From Mobula hypostoma (taxonomy: Eukaryota), in contig NC_086097.1 in assembly GCF_963921235.1 (NCBI RefSeq), forward strand, positions 164,798,001-164,862,000: 64,000 nt of DNA, read 5' to 3'. Below are positions 12,109 to 25,060 of this stretch, one piece after another; within the stretch, counting starts at the first letter, position 1, and every line of letters starts with the position of its first letter. The notes under the pieces were generated by a model. It was not told the origin of the DNA. It did no database searches and worked only from the letters and a program-made list of their open reading frames with translations. The translations under genes were made by a program, and so were the position numbers.

Positions 12109-13940
12109 GTACATTACCTACAAAGTAATGAATCAATAGATGACTCATCACAGACCCAAAAAAAACAGGCGATATGTCTTCTTACATTGGAGATCACCAG
12201 ACTAGGGACGAACCATCATGCACCCCCATGTCTCCCGATGATCCTTTGGGATCAGTATCTGAAGATGATGTGGCTGGCTGCCTTTAAGAGGAAAGCAAGG
12301 AAAGCATCCGATCCAGACGGAGTACCCGGCTGAATACTGAAGATCTGTGCCGACCAACCGGCTAGTGTATTCACAGGCATCTTCAACCTCTCACTCTGGC
12401 AGTGAGAGATATCCACCTGCTTCAAGCAGACTTCAACCATACCAGTGCCCTAGAAGAGTGTGGTAACCTGTCTAAATGACTATCGCCCAGTGGCACTTTC
12501 ATGCAGTGATGAAGCATTTTGAGAGGCAAGTGTTGAAGCATATCGGCTCCTGTCTGAAGCAACAAAAGCAACAGGTCTGTAGCAGATGCCATCTCATTGG
12601 CTCCTCACATAACTCTGGAACATCTGGACAGCAAAGATGCATACATCAGCATGCTCTTTATTGATTACAGCTCAGCATTTAACACCATCATCTCCCTCTA
12701 AACAAATCAGTGAACTCCAAGACCTGGGCCTCTATACCCCCTTGTGCAATTGGGTCCTGGATTTCCTCACTTGTAAAGCCCAATCAGTTTGGATTGACAA
12801 AAACATCTCCTCCACAATCTCCATCAGCACAGGAGTACCACAGGGATGTGTACTTGGCCCCCTGTCCTACTTGCTTTACACCCAAGTACAGCTCCAACAC
12901 TACATACAAGTTTGCTGATGACTCCACTGTTGTGGGTTGTATCAAAGGGGGTGATGAATCAGAGTACAGGAAGGAGATTGAAAACTTGGCTAAGTGGTGT
13001 AATAACAACAAGCTCTCACTCAATGTCAATAAGACCAAGGAACTAATTATAGACTTCCGAAGACGGAAAACAGACGTCCATGAGCCAGTAATCATTGGAG
13101 GATCAGAGGTGGAGAGGGCCAGTAAATTTAAATTCCTGGGTGTCACTATCTCAGAGAACCTGTCCTAGACCCATCATATAAATATTATTGTGAAGAAAGC
13201 ACAACAGCACCTCTACTTCCTCAGGAGTCTTCAGTGATTCAGCATGTCATTAAAAACCTTGACAAACTTCTATAGATGTGTGGTGGAAAGTTTGTTGACT
13301 GGCTGCAATACGGCCTGGTATGGGAACACCAATACTTTTGAGCAGAAAATCCTACAAAAGATAGTGGATTCAGCCCAGTACATCACAGGTAAAACTCTCC
13401 CAACCATTGAGCACATTTACATGAAACATTGTCATAGAAATTCAGCATTCAAAGATCCTCACCACCAGGCTATGCTCTTTACTTGCTGCTGCCATCAGGG
13501 AGAAGGGTCAAATGCCTCAGGACTCAAATCACCAGGGTCAAAAAGAGTTACTACCCCTCAACCATCAGGCTCTTGAACACTATGATGTTTTGGCTACTAC
13601 AGAGACTTGGATGGTGCAGGGGCAGGAATGGCTACTTCAAGTGCCAGGCTTTAGATGTTTCAGAAAGGATAGGGAGGCAGGCAAAAGAGGTGGGGGTGTG
13701 GCACTGTTGATCAGAGATAGTGTCATGGCTGCCGAAAAGGAAGAAGTCATGGAGGGGATCTCGAGGGAGTCTCTGTGGGTGGATGTTCGGAATACAAAGG
13801 GGTCAATAACTCTACTGGGTGTTTTTTATAGACCACCCAATAGTAACAGGGACATCAAGGAGCAGATAGGGAGACAGATTCTGCAAAGGTGTAATTATAA
13901 CAGGGTTGTTTTGGTGGGAGATTTTAATTTCCCAAGTATT

Positions 13941-15930
13941 AGAACATAGAACATATAGAACATAGAACAGTACAGCACAGTACAGGCCCTTCGGCCCACA
14001 ATGTTGTGCCGACCCTCAAACCCTGCCTCCCATGTAAGCCCCCACCTTAAATTCCTCCATATACCTGTCTAGTAGTCTCTTAAACTTCACTAGTGTATCT
14101 GCCTCCACCACTGACTCAGGCAGTGCATTCCACGCACCAACCACTCTCTGAGTAAAAATTCCTTCCTCTAATATCCCCCTTGAACTTCCCACCCCTCACC
14201 TTAAAGCCATGTCCTCTTGTATTGAGCAGTGGTGCCCTGGAGAAGAGGCGCTGGCTATCCACTCTATCTATTCCTCTTATTATCTTGTACACCTCTATCA
14301 TGTCTCCTCTCATCCTCCTTCTCTCCAAAGAGTAAAGCCCTAGCTCCCTTAATCTCTGATCACAATGCATACTTTCTAAACCAGGCAGCATCCTGGTAAA
14401 TCTCCTCTGTACCCTTTCCAATGCTTCCACATCCTTCCTATAGTGAGGTGACCAGAACTGGACACAGTACTCCAAGTGTGGCCTAACCAGAGTTTTATAG
14501 AGCTGCATCATTACATCGCGACTCTTAAACTCTATCCCTCGACTTATGAAAGCTAACACCCCATAAGCTTTCTTAACTACCCTATCCACCTGTGAGGCAA
14601 CTTTCAGGGATCTGTGGACATGTACCCCATGATCCCTCTGCTCCTCCACACTACCAAGTATCCTGCCATTTACTTTGTACTCTGCCTTGGAGTTTGTCCT
14701 TCCAAAGTGTACCACCTCACACTTTTCCAGGTTGAACTCCATCTGCCACTTCTCAGCCCACTTCTGCATCCTATCAATGTCTCTCTGCAATCTTTGACAA
14801 TCCTCTACACTATCTACAACACCACCAAACTTTGTGTCGTCTGCAAACTTGCCAACCCACCCTTCTACCTCAACATCCAGGTCGTTAATAAAAATAACGA
14901 AAAGTAGAGGTCCCAGAACAGATTCTTGTGGGACACCACTAGCCACAATCCTCCAATCTGAATGTACTCCCTCCACCACCACCCTCTGCCTTCTGCAGGC
15001 AAGCCAATTCTGAATCCACCTGGCCAAACTTCCCTGGATCCCATGCCTTCTGACTTTCTGAATAAGCTGACCGTGTGGAACCTTGTCAAATGCCTTACTA
15101 AAATCCATATAGATCACATCCACTGCACTACCCTCATCTATATGCCTGGTCACCTCCTCAAAGAACTCTATCAGGCTTGTTAGACACGATCTGCCCTTCA
15201 CAAAGCCATGCTGACTGTCCCTGATCAGACCATGATTCTCTAAATGCCCATAGATCCTATCTCTAAGAATCTTTTCCAACAGCTTTCCCACCACAGATGT
15301 AAGGCTCACAGGTCTATAATTACCCAGACTATCCCTACTACCTTTTGTGAACAAGGGTACAACATTCACCTCCCTCCAATCCTCCAGTACCATTCCCGTG
15401 GACAATGAGGACATAAAGATCCTAGCCAGAGGCTCAGCAATCTCTTCCCTCGTCTCATGGAGCAGCCTGGGGAACATTCCATCAGGCCCCGGGGACTTAT
15501 CTGTCTTAATGTATTTTAACAACTCCAACACCTCCTCTCCCTTAATATCAACATGCTCCAAAACATCAACCTCACTCATATTGTCCTCACTGTCATCAAG
15601 TTCCCTCTCATTGGTGAATACCGAAGAGAAGTATTCATTGAGGACCTCGCTCACTTCCACAGCCTCCAGGCACATCTTCCCACCTTTATTTCTAATCGGT
15701 CCTACCTTCACTCCTGTCATCCTTTTTTTCTTCACATAATTGAAGAACACCTTGGGGTTTTCCTTTACCCTACTCGCCAAGGCCTTCTCATGCCCCCTTC
15801 TTGCTCTTCTCAGCCCCTTCTTGGGCTCCTTTCTTGCTTCCCTATATTCCTCAATAGACCCATCTGATCCTTGCTTCCTAAACCTCATGTATGCTGCCTT
15901 CTTCCACCTGACTAGATTTTCCACCTCACT
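13941..15930 (-). mobile_element. Young CR1 LINE, 5'-truncated, inserted antisense in another CR1
   Basis: Simple-repeat tail (TAGAACA)n at 13940-13969, an uninterrupted RT ORF, and a host EN frame that resumes at 15931. Confidence 0.95.
14116..15924 (-). CDS. CR1 ORF2 reverse transcriptase domain (602-aa open segment)
   Basis: KSPGPDG, NYRPVSLTS, QHGF, DFSKAFD, SGVPQESVLGP, KFADD, VRPHLEYCVQFWSP. Confidence 0.9.
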   Translation of the reverse strand: MENLVRWKKAAYMRFRKQGSDGSIEEYREARKEPKKGLRRARRGHEKALASRVKENPKVFFNYVKKKRMTGVKVGPIRNKGGKMCLEAVEVSEVLNEYFSSVFTNERELDDSEDNMSEVDVLEHVDIKGEEVLELLKYIKTDKSPGPDGMFPRLLHETREEIAEPLARIFMSSLSTGMVLEDWREVNVVPLFTKGSRDSLGNYRPVSLTSVVGKLLEKILRDRIYGHLENHGLIRDSQHGFVKGRSCLTSLIEFFEEVTRHIDEGSAVDVIYMDFSKAFDKVPHGQLIQKVRRHGIQGSLARWIQNWLACRRQRVVVEGVHSDWRIVASGVPQESVLGPLLFVIFINDLDVEVEGWVGKFADDTKFGGVVDSVEDCQRLQRDIDRMQKWAEKWQMEFNLEKCEVVHFGRTNSKAEYKVNGRILGSVEEQRDHGVHVHRSLKVASQVDRVVKKAYGVLAFISRGIEFKSRDVMMQLYKTLVRPHLEYCVQFWSPHYRKDVEALERVQRRFTRMLPGLESMHCDQRLRELGLYSLERRRMRGDMIEVYKIIRGIDRVDSQRLFSRAPLLNTRGHGFKVRGGKFKGDIRGRNFYSESGWCVECTA

Positions 15931-18501
15931 TGATTGGCATCTCCCTAGAGTGAGGGGTTTAGATGGGGTAGAGTTTGTTAGGCGTGTTCAGGATGGTTTC
16001 TTGACACAATATGTAGATAAGCCAACAACAGGAGAGGCTGTACTTGATCTGGTATTGGGAAATGAACCTGATCAGGTGTCAGATCTCTCAGTGCGAGAGC
16101 ATTTTGGAGATAGTGATCACAATTCTCTTTACCATAGCATTGCAGAGGGACAGGAACAGACAAGTTAGAGAAACATTTAATTGGAGTAAGGGGAAATATG
16201 AGGCTAGCAGGCAGGAACTTGGAAGCATAAACCGGAAACAGATGTTCTCAGGGAAACATACGGAAGAAATGTGTCAAATGTTCAGGGGATAGTTGCATGG
16301 GGTTCTGCATAGATACATTACAATGAGACAGGGAAAGGATGGTAGGGTCCAGGAACCGTGGTGAACAAAAACTGTTGTAAATCTAGTCAAGAAGAAAAGT
16401 AAAGCTTACGAAAGCTTCAAAAAGCTAGGTAATGATAGAGAGCTAAAAGATTATAAGGCTAGCAGAAAGGAGCTCAAGAAAGAAATTAGAAGAGCCGGAA
16501 GGGGCCATGACAAGACCTTGGCAGACAGGATTAAGGAAAACCCCAAGGCATTCTACAAGTATGTGAAGAGCAAGAGGATAAGACATGAGAGAACAGGACC
16601 AATCAAGTATGACAGTGAAAAAGTGTGTATGGAACCGGTGGAGATAGCAGAGGTACTTAATGAGTACTTTGCATCAGTATTCACTACGGAAAAGGATCTT
16701 GGTGATTGTAGGGATGACTTACAGCAGACTGAAAAGCTTGAGTGTGTAGATATTAAGAAAGAGGATGTGCAGGAGCTTTTGGAAAGCATCGTTGGATAAG
16801 TCACCGGGACCGGACGAGATGTACCCCAGGCTACTGCGGGAGGTGAGGGAGGAGATTGCTGAGCCTCTGGCGATGATCTTTGCATCATCAATGGGGACAG
16901 GAGAGGTTCCGGAGGATTGGAGGGTTGCAGATGTTGTTCCATTATTCAAGAAAGGGAGTAGAGATAGCCCAGGAAATTATAGACCAGTGGGTCTTACTTC
17001 AGTGGTTGGTAAGTTGATGGAGAAGATCCTGAGAGGCAAGATTTATGAACATTTGGAGAGGCATAATGTGATTAGGAATAGTCAGCATTGCTTTGTCAAA
17101 GGCAAATCGTGCCTTACGAGCCTGATTGAATTTTTTGAGGTTGCACATTGATGAAGGTAGTGCCGTAGATGTAGTGTATATGGATTTTAGCAAGGCATTT
17201 GATCAGGTACCCCATGCAAGGCTTATTGAGAAAGTAAGGAGGCATGGGATCCAAGGGGACCTTGCTTTGTGGATCCAGAACTGGCTTGCTCACAGAGGGC
17301 AAAGAGTGGTTGTAGACAGGTCATATTCTCCATGGAGGTCAGTGACCAGTGGTGTGCCTCAGGGATCTGTTCTGGGACCCCTACTCTTTGTGACTTTTAT
17401 AAATGACCTGGATGAGGAAGTGGAGGGATTGGTTAGTAAATTTGCTGATAACACAAAGCTTGGGGGTGTTGTGGATAGTGTGGAGGGCTGTCAAAGGTTA
17501 CAGTGGGACATTGATAGGATGCAAAACTGGGTTGAGAAGTGGCAGATGGAGATCAACCCATATAAGTGTGAGGTGGTTCATTTTGGTAGGTCAAATATGA
17601 TGGCAGGATATAGTATTAGTGTTAAGACTCTTGGCAGTGTGGAGGATCAGAGGGATCTTGGGGTCCAAGTCCATAGGACACTCAAAGCTGCTGCGTAGAT
17701 TGACTGTGTGGTTAAGGCGGCATATGGTGCATTGGCCTTCATCAACCGTGGGCTTGAGTTTAAGAGCTGAGAGGTAATATTGCAGCTATACAGGACCCTG
17801 GTCAGACTCCACTTGGAGTACTGTGCTCAATTCTGGTCACCTTACTGCAGGAAGGACTGGAAAGGGTGCAGAGGAGATTTACAAGGATGTTGCCTGGATT
17901 GGGGAGCATGCCTTATGAGAATTCATTGAGTCAACTCGGCCTTTTTTCCTTGGAGCGACAGAGGATGAGAGGTGACCTGATAGAGGTACATTATCTTTAA
18001 TTAGAGGCATTGATCGTGTGGATAGTCAGAGGCTATTTCCCAGGGCTGATATGGCTTGCACAAGAGGGCATATTTTTAAGGTGCTTGGAAATAGGTACAG
18101 ATGAGATGTCAGGGGTAAGTTTTTTATGCAGAGAGTGATGAGTGTGTGGAATTGGCTGCTGACGGCGGTGGTGGAAGCAGAATCGATAGGGTCTTTTAAG
18201 AGACTCTTGGATAGGTACATGGAGCTTAGAAAGATAGAGGGCTATGGGTAAGCCTAGGTAGTTCTAAGGTAAGGACATGGTCGGCACAGCTTTGTGGGCC
18301 AGTGGGCCTGTATTGTGCTGTAGGTTTTCGATGTTTCTAATAAAGGGGATAACTACACTTTACTTTATTTATTTATATCCGCATTTGCACAGTTTGTTTA
18401 CAGTTCCTGATGTTTGCAGTTACTGTTCTATATACTTGCTCAGTGCCTGCAGAAAAAGGATGTGCATGCAATCTGATAATAAAGTTTACTTTGGGTGTTA
18501 T

Positions 18502-19388
18502 TGTTACGTAACCAGCAACAATGAATATTAGTCGAGACTGGTTATATAAAAACAACCAAACGTTTATTAAACACGTATAAACGATAAGGAAAAATAAAAC
18601 AAAGGAAAACTTTAACCGGAGGTTAACAGGTACGCAGCCGTTCACCAACTCCACTCGGCTCTGGTTCTTAAAGCGTTAAATGCGAAAACAGTTCTTAAAG
18701 TGATACAGTCAGATATAGTTCTTAAAGCGATAACTTCGGAAGTCCAACAGTTTTACACATTCAATTGGGAGAGACTTCTCTGGAGAAGGATTTCTTCACC
18801 GACACACCTTTACTGCCAGTTCTGTCCACAGGATTCACGATGCCGAAAATAAACAGTTTAAATTGACTGACCTTAAATTCCTTTTAGAGAGAGAGCACCT
18901 TTTTGCATGAACTCATTGCGCTTTTGCAAGAGTTATCGCAATGCAGGTTCTCTCCAACGAAGACTCAATAAGGTCGATTCTTTATTAAACTGCCAAACGA
19001 TGCCGACTGCTCTCGATCCCTCAGTTCAATGAATTCTTCACTCTCCCTTCAAAACTGTCGGAATTGAGTAAATTGGCACTTCCAGCCACAAATTCCCAGT
19101 CCAATAATACAAATCTTATAAGAGAACGCACCTTCCGTTTTAAAAATGAAACTGCGTCACAAAAACAAACACGCAACAGAAACGGAGGCACAACTCATTC
19201 TACCTGGAAATCTACAAACTCAAGAACCCACTGCGTCACCTGAGTCGACCCTTATATAGTCACGGGGGCACATGTCATCACGTGACCTCACGTGACCTCA
19301 CATCGGCAGGAAAATCACATCAGCTGACCTTCAAAAGACCATTACATCATTCTCACAAAAAAAAACAGATCTGCTTGAGCATGTAACA
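18502..19388 (-). mobile_element. Solo LTR (887 bp)
   Basis: TGTTAC...GTAACA termini and a 4-bp TSD TTAT at 18498-18501 and 19389-19392. TATA-like (19251-19259) and AATAAA (18563-18568) are both on the minus strand. Confidence 0.85.
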
Positions 19389-19469
19389 TTATAAACAAAA
19401 TTGCTGAAGATTTCTATTGTCTGACTAGCATGCTAACAACAATAGATCAATACTTTGACCATTAATACA

Positions 19470-21256
19470 ACTTTAAGTTCCCTGGCCCCCACTGCTTTAT
19501 TTTCACCATGGATGTCCGGTCCCTATATACTTCCATCCCCCACCAGGAAGGTCTCAAAGCTCTCCGCTTCTTTTTTTCGATTCCAGACCTAATAAGTTCC
19601 CCTCTGCCACCACTCTCCTCCATCTAGCGGAATTAGTCCTTACTCTTAATAATTTCTCCTTTGGCTCCTCCCACTTCCTCCAAACTAAAGGTGTAGCTAT
19701 GGGCACCCGCATGGGTCCTAGCTATGCCTGCTTTTTTGTTGGCTTTGTGGAGCAATCCATGTTCCAAGCCTATACTGGTATCTGTCCCCCACTTTTCCTT
19801 CGCTACATCGATAACTGCATTGGCTCTGTTTCCTACACGCATGCTGAGCTTGTTGACTTCATTAACTTTGCCTCCAATTTTCACCCTGCCCTCAAGTTTA
19901 CCTGGTCCATTTCTGACACCTCCCTCCCCTTTCTAGATCTTTCTGTCTCTATCTCTGGAGACAGCTTATCTACTGATGTCTACTATAAGCCTACGGACTC
20001 TCACAGCTATCTGGACTATTCCTCTTCTTACCCTGTCTCTTGCAAAAACGCCATCCCCTTCTCGCAATTCCTCTGTCTCCGCCGCATCTGCTCTCAGGAT
20101 GAAGCTTTTCATTCTAGGACGAGGGAGATGTCTTCCTTTTTTAAAGAAAGGGGCTTCCCTTCCTCCACCATCAACTCTGCTCTCAAGCGCATCTCTCTCA
20201 TTTCACGCACATCTGTTCTCACCCCATGCTCCCACCACCCCACTAGGAATAGGGTTCCCCTTGTCCTCACCTACCACCACACCAGCCTCCGGGTCCAACA
20301 TATAATTCTCCGTAGCTTCCGCCACCTCCAACGGGATCCCACCACTAAGCACATCTTTCCCTCCCCCCCCCACTTTCCACAGGGATCGCTCCCTACGCGA
20401 CTCCCTTGTCCGTTCATCCCCCCCATCCCTCCCCACCGATCTCCCTCCTGGCACTTATCCTTGTAAGCGGAATAAGTGCTACACATGCCCCTACACTTCC
20501 TCCCTCACCACCATTCAGGGCCCCAGACAGTCCTTTCAGGTGAGGCAACACTTCACCTGTGAGTCGGCTGGGGTGATATACTGCCTCCGGTGTTCCTGAT
20601 GCAGCCTTCTATATATTGGCGAGACCTGACGCAGGCTGGGAGACTGTTTCACTGAACACTTACGCTCTGTCCGCCAGAAAAAGCAGGATCTCCCAGTGGC
20701 CACACATTTTAATTCCACGTCCTATTCCCATTCTGATATGTCAATCCATGGCCTCCTCTACTGTCAAGATGAAGCCACACTCGGGTTGGAGGAACAACAC
20801 CTTATATTCCGTCTGAGTAGCCTTCAACCTGATGGCATGAACGTTGACTTCTCTAACTTCCGTTAATACCCCACCTCCCCTTCATACCCCATCCGTTATT
20901 TATTTATTTATTATGATTGTTAATTTTTTTCCTCTCTCTCCTTTTTCTCCCTCTGTCCCTCTCACTATACTCCTTGTCCATCCTCTGGGCTTCCCCCCCC
21001 TCCCCCTTTCTTTCTCCCTGGGCCTCCCGTCCCATGATCCTCTGATATCCCTTTTGCCAATCAACTTCCCAGCTCTTAGCTCCATCCCTCCCTCTCCTGT
21101 CTTCTCCTATCATTTTGGATCTCCCCCTCTCCCTCCCACTTTCAAATCTCTACTGTACCTCTTCCTATAGGTCCAGCCTGGCCTGCTGCATTCACCAGCA
21201 ATTTTTATGTGTGTTGCTTGAAATTCCAGCATCTGCAGATTTCCTTGTGTTTGCGT
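19470..21256 (+). mobile_element. Penelope-like retroelement, 5'-truncated (RT plus GIY-YIG endonuclease)
   Basis: RT motifs GVAMGTRMGPSYA, LRYIDN, LPFLDL and YYKPTDSHSYL; GIY-YIG-like GVIYCLRC...LYIGET...EHLRSV at 20570-20670 with stops; pyrimidine-rich terminal region. Confidence 0.92.
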
Positions 21257-21689
21257 TAATTCACACCATTCTTGTGCTAATGTTATAAATAATCAACATA
21301 AATCTGGAGGACATTCTCAATGATGATAGAGAACTGACCTTGGTTGCAAGCAGTAAACACATAAAAGAGTGTTGGTGACAGACTTCACTCATTTCACTCA
21401 TTTCATTAACTTCAGTGGAACTGATTGTGTCAAAGGCAAGAACAATCAACAACTGAAATAAATGGCCCAATCAGGAATCAAACTCAGGTCACTGGGTTTT
21501 GAAAATTCAACACTTTACGTCTGCAATCAAACTTCAAATATCTTCCTTAACTTTTCTGTCTTCTCTCTCAAAGTCCATGACAGAATTCTTTCCAGCCACC
21601 CTCTTATTCATTTTGCAGTCTCATGTTTGGCTGGTGCCCATGAAACATTATTTTATGAACAACATGTAGATTAATGCTCATTTTGGAGA

Positions 21690-22880
21690 TGCGACCTGAC
21701 CTTTTATCTTTTTTCTTTTCTCGGTGCAGTCCATTTATTTCTATCTGCCCAACATGCTCTTGGTATGTGTCCTACTTGTTTGTAATTTTCTGCAGGTTTC
21801 ACATTTAAACCTGCATCTGTTTGGTGTAGGGGTACCACAATGGTAACACAATTTGTTCAGCCAGGTGGGTTTCTGTTTAGATGATGCAAGTTTGTTCACG
21901 CTCACTTTCGTTCCTCACTGCAACTCAGTTGCATCTCTGCGGTTTCCATTGAAACAGCAATTTCCACTGCTTCTTTAAAAATATAAGTTGTACTTATAGG
22001 AGCTATTTTTGAATGCTTTCTTTTAAGATTCCACAAACTAAATATATCTTAGTATATCATTAAGGTCATTACCAAACTGACAATGCTCCGCTTCTTTTTG
22101 ATTCCACTTATGAAAGCTAAAGCATCCTGCAATCAACAGTGGCTTCAGTTCTAAATATTCCTGCAACAGTTTTACAATACCTGCAAAGCTCATTTCTGCT
22201 GGTTTGGTTGGAGCAGTCAAACCTTGAAGCAAACAGTATGCCTTGAAACCAGATGCACTTAACAAAATTGGCACTCACTTCTCACTGGCCATTTCATTTG
22301 CTTCAAAATGCTGTTCCAATAGCTCCATGAGCCAATTGCCCATTGTGTAATCAAACTTCTCAATCCTTCCAATGTAACCAACCATTTCTGATTTCTTTAA
22401 ATGTTTGTTATCACCCAGTACTCACTCTTTATGAACCCTGAATTTTCCTGTTTACGGCTCTTCTTTAAACTCGACGATTCTGCACACGCTGGCCTGTATC
22501 CTTTGAATTCAATCGTTCCTCACTTTTTTTTAGTACGAACATCTCGCTGCACTTTAACAGGTCGGTAGCCATATCAGGTTCATTTTAAATGTACCTCATT
22601 GCTAATATTATGTTTAGTATCTTTAAAACATCAAACTAATTCAAAGGAAGATTCAGAAGTCTGGGAATGTAGTTAGAGTTTGAGTTTACTTTAAGCAGAG
22701 TGTGCATGTATCACGTGGTAGTGTGATAACGCATACAATTCATATATTTGTACACATAACCCGTAAGGAATTATTTAAAGAACAAGAATGTATAATCAAC
22801 CTATACTTACACACATGTACAAAAACATATATATACAAACAAGATTATGCAAATATAACTGAAATATTAAATACATCACA
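21690..22880 (-). mobile_element. Degenerate Gypsy-type remnant (5' LTR ~22611-22880, decayed PBS, gag)
   Basis: Gag-like KAYCLLQGLTAPTKPAEMSF...KPLLIA..FHKWNQKE..AEHCQFG. The minus strand at ~22594-22605 resembles a decayed TGGCGACGAGG PBS. Confidence 0.6.
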
Positions 22881-24013
22881 TGTAGTACAGGAAAACAGCT
22901 TACGTGCAAGAGTCATGATAGGGTAACTTGGGAGATCAAGAGTTCACCTTTAGCAAAGTCTGATAACAGCAGGATGAGTCGGGTGGTTCATTCTCTCAGG
23001 CTTTACCATCTTCTGCCCTTTGGAAGAGTTGAGAAGAGAATGATCAGGGTGGGTGGAGGGGTGTCCTTGATTATGTTGGAAGCACAGGAGAACTCAGATA
23101 AAATTTGCAAACTTTGTCATGCATAAACCAAATCCTTGAATTTTAATCCTTTAAAAAGGGATAGCGTGGACTACCTGGCCTATGTGTTGGGGTGAATTAT
23201 GCAGGTGGGAGTCATTACTAGTACTGGAACCAATCAGACAAAAGATCATCATGCTCCATCTCTGTTTTCCCTCATCTCCATGGTAACTGTTTCTGCAACT
23301 GTTGTGTTACTGTTGCATTGCATGACTTTAAGGCTTCGTGCTCTACCAGTGATAAGGGAGGCAAGAAGTAGTGAAGGAATTTTCATGCAGCTCCTCTTGG
23401 ATTCATCACAGATCCCACTTTAGTCCATGATTCTAAGTTTAAAGCACCACTTCTCGCCAATTTCACAATCATCTCTACTTGCAACACATACTTGGCACAT
23501 CAAAAAACTGTGAAATCCAATTTCTAAGCACATTTCAATTTCATACTCTTCAGAATATGACTCATTTGTTCCCATATTAATCTGGTTAAACTCTTGTAGA
23601 AAATACAGCACGTTTAATTGAGATTGATCCAGATTGTTAATCAATTAGAACCAAATTACAAACAGTCACTGCTTTCAGAATGAATCCCAATAATTATAGT
23701 GATTCAAGATAGTGAATGGATTAATGACTTGGCTTAGACGGATATTTTAGTCAAATCTGAAATTCAGGCTAATCCTTCAATTCTTTTGTAACCTGTGTGG
23801 TTCATCTATCATTTGTTCATTTGAATTTTATAGCATGACTAATTTCAAAATAAATATATTAATCAAGTTTTTTTCCTCATTGATATTCAAATTACTTACT
23901 GATTATGTTATCAATGAAAGCGATTAGCTATTGGCAGTGTGATGGGTGATGCCTGCTATTAAAACACTGTTATTTACAGTATTATAACCTTCTGAAATTC
24001 ACAGCTATTACCA

Positions 24014-25060
24014 TAAGACCATAAGACACAGGAGCAGAATTAGGCCATTTGGCCCATTGAGTCTGCTCTGCCAATCAATCATGGCTGATCCTTTTTTTTC
24101 CCCTCCTCAGCCTCACTTCCTGGTCTTCTCCCCATAAACTTTGATGCCATGACCAATCAAGAACCTATCAAGCTCTGATTGAATACACCTAACAACCTGG
24201 CCTTCACAGCTGCCTGTGGTAATAAATTCCACAAATTCACCAGCCTCTGGCTAAAAAAATTTCTCTGAATCTCTGTTTTAAACGGATGCCCCTCTATCTT
24301 GAAGCTGTGCCCTCTTGTCCTAGACCTCCACACCATGGGAAACATCCTTTTCACACCTACCATGTTCAGGCCTTTCAACATTCAGGAGGTTTCAATGAGA
24401 TCGCCCTTCAATCTTACTGGCATTATTAGAGCATTGATTGATTGGTAGGAGGCTGTGAGTGGGAATAAAAGGACCCTTTTCTGATTGGCTACCAGTGACT
24501 AGTGGTGTTTCGCAGGTGTTGGGACTGCTTCTCTTTATGCTGTATATCAATGATTGAGATAATGGAATAGATGGCTTTGTTGCCAGGTTTGTAGATGATA
24601 TGAAGATTGGTGGAGGGGCACGTAGTGTTGAGGAAACAGGTAGGCTGCAGAAGGAAAATGGGAAGAAAGTGGAAAATGAAATATAATGTTGAAAGTGAAT
24701 GGTCATTGACTTTGGTAGTAGAAATGAATATGCAGACTATTTTCTGAATGCAGAGAAAATCCAAAAATCTGAGATGCAAAGGGACTTGGGAGTCCTTGTG
24801 CAAAACAAACTAAAGGTTAACTTGCAGGTAGAGCTGGTGGTAAGGAAGGTAAATACAATGTTAACGTTCATTTCAAGAGGTCTAGAATGTAAGAGCAGGG
24901 ATGTGATGCTGAGACTTTATAAGGCATGGGTGAGGCCAGTGCCTTGAGTGTTGTGTACAGTTTTGGGCTCCTTATCTAAGAAAAGATGTGCTGGCATTGG
25001 AGAGGGTTCAGAGGAGGTTCACAAGGATGACCTGGGAATGAAAGAGTTATCATATGAGGA
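24014..25060. mobile_element. CR1 insertion with inverted 5' part (24014-24418 minus, 24420-25060 plus)
   Basis: Two consecutive CR1 ORF2 segments in opposite orientation, flanked by ATTACCA at 24007-24013 and 25061-25067. Confidence 0.8.

Larger units (their letters stand above)
13579..18338 (+). mobile_element. CR1 LINE with APE endonuclease and RT (13579-13940 plus 15931-18338), frameshifted
   Basis: EN motifs TETW, FYRPP, VGDFNFP|DW and GDSDH; RT motifs KSPGPD, YRPV, DFSKAFD, SGVPQGSVLGP and KFADN; 3' end at ~18338. Confidence 0.9.
12137..18490 (+). mobile_element. Degenerate Rex1/Babar-type LINE (12137-13578 plus 18339-18490), split by CR1 insertions
   Basis: KASDPDGVPG, STGVPQGCVLGP, KFADD, KFKFLGVTISENLS and LLPSGRR...YYPSTIRLLN motifs. 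The 3' part resumes after the CR1 at 18339. Confidence 0.85.
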
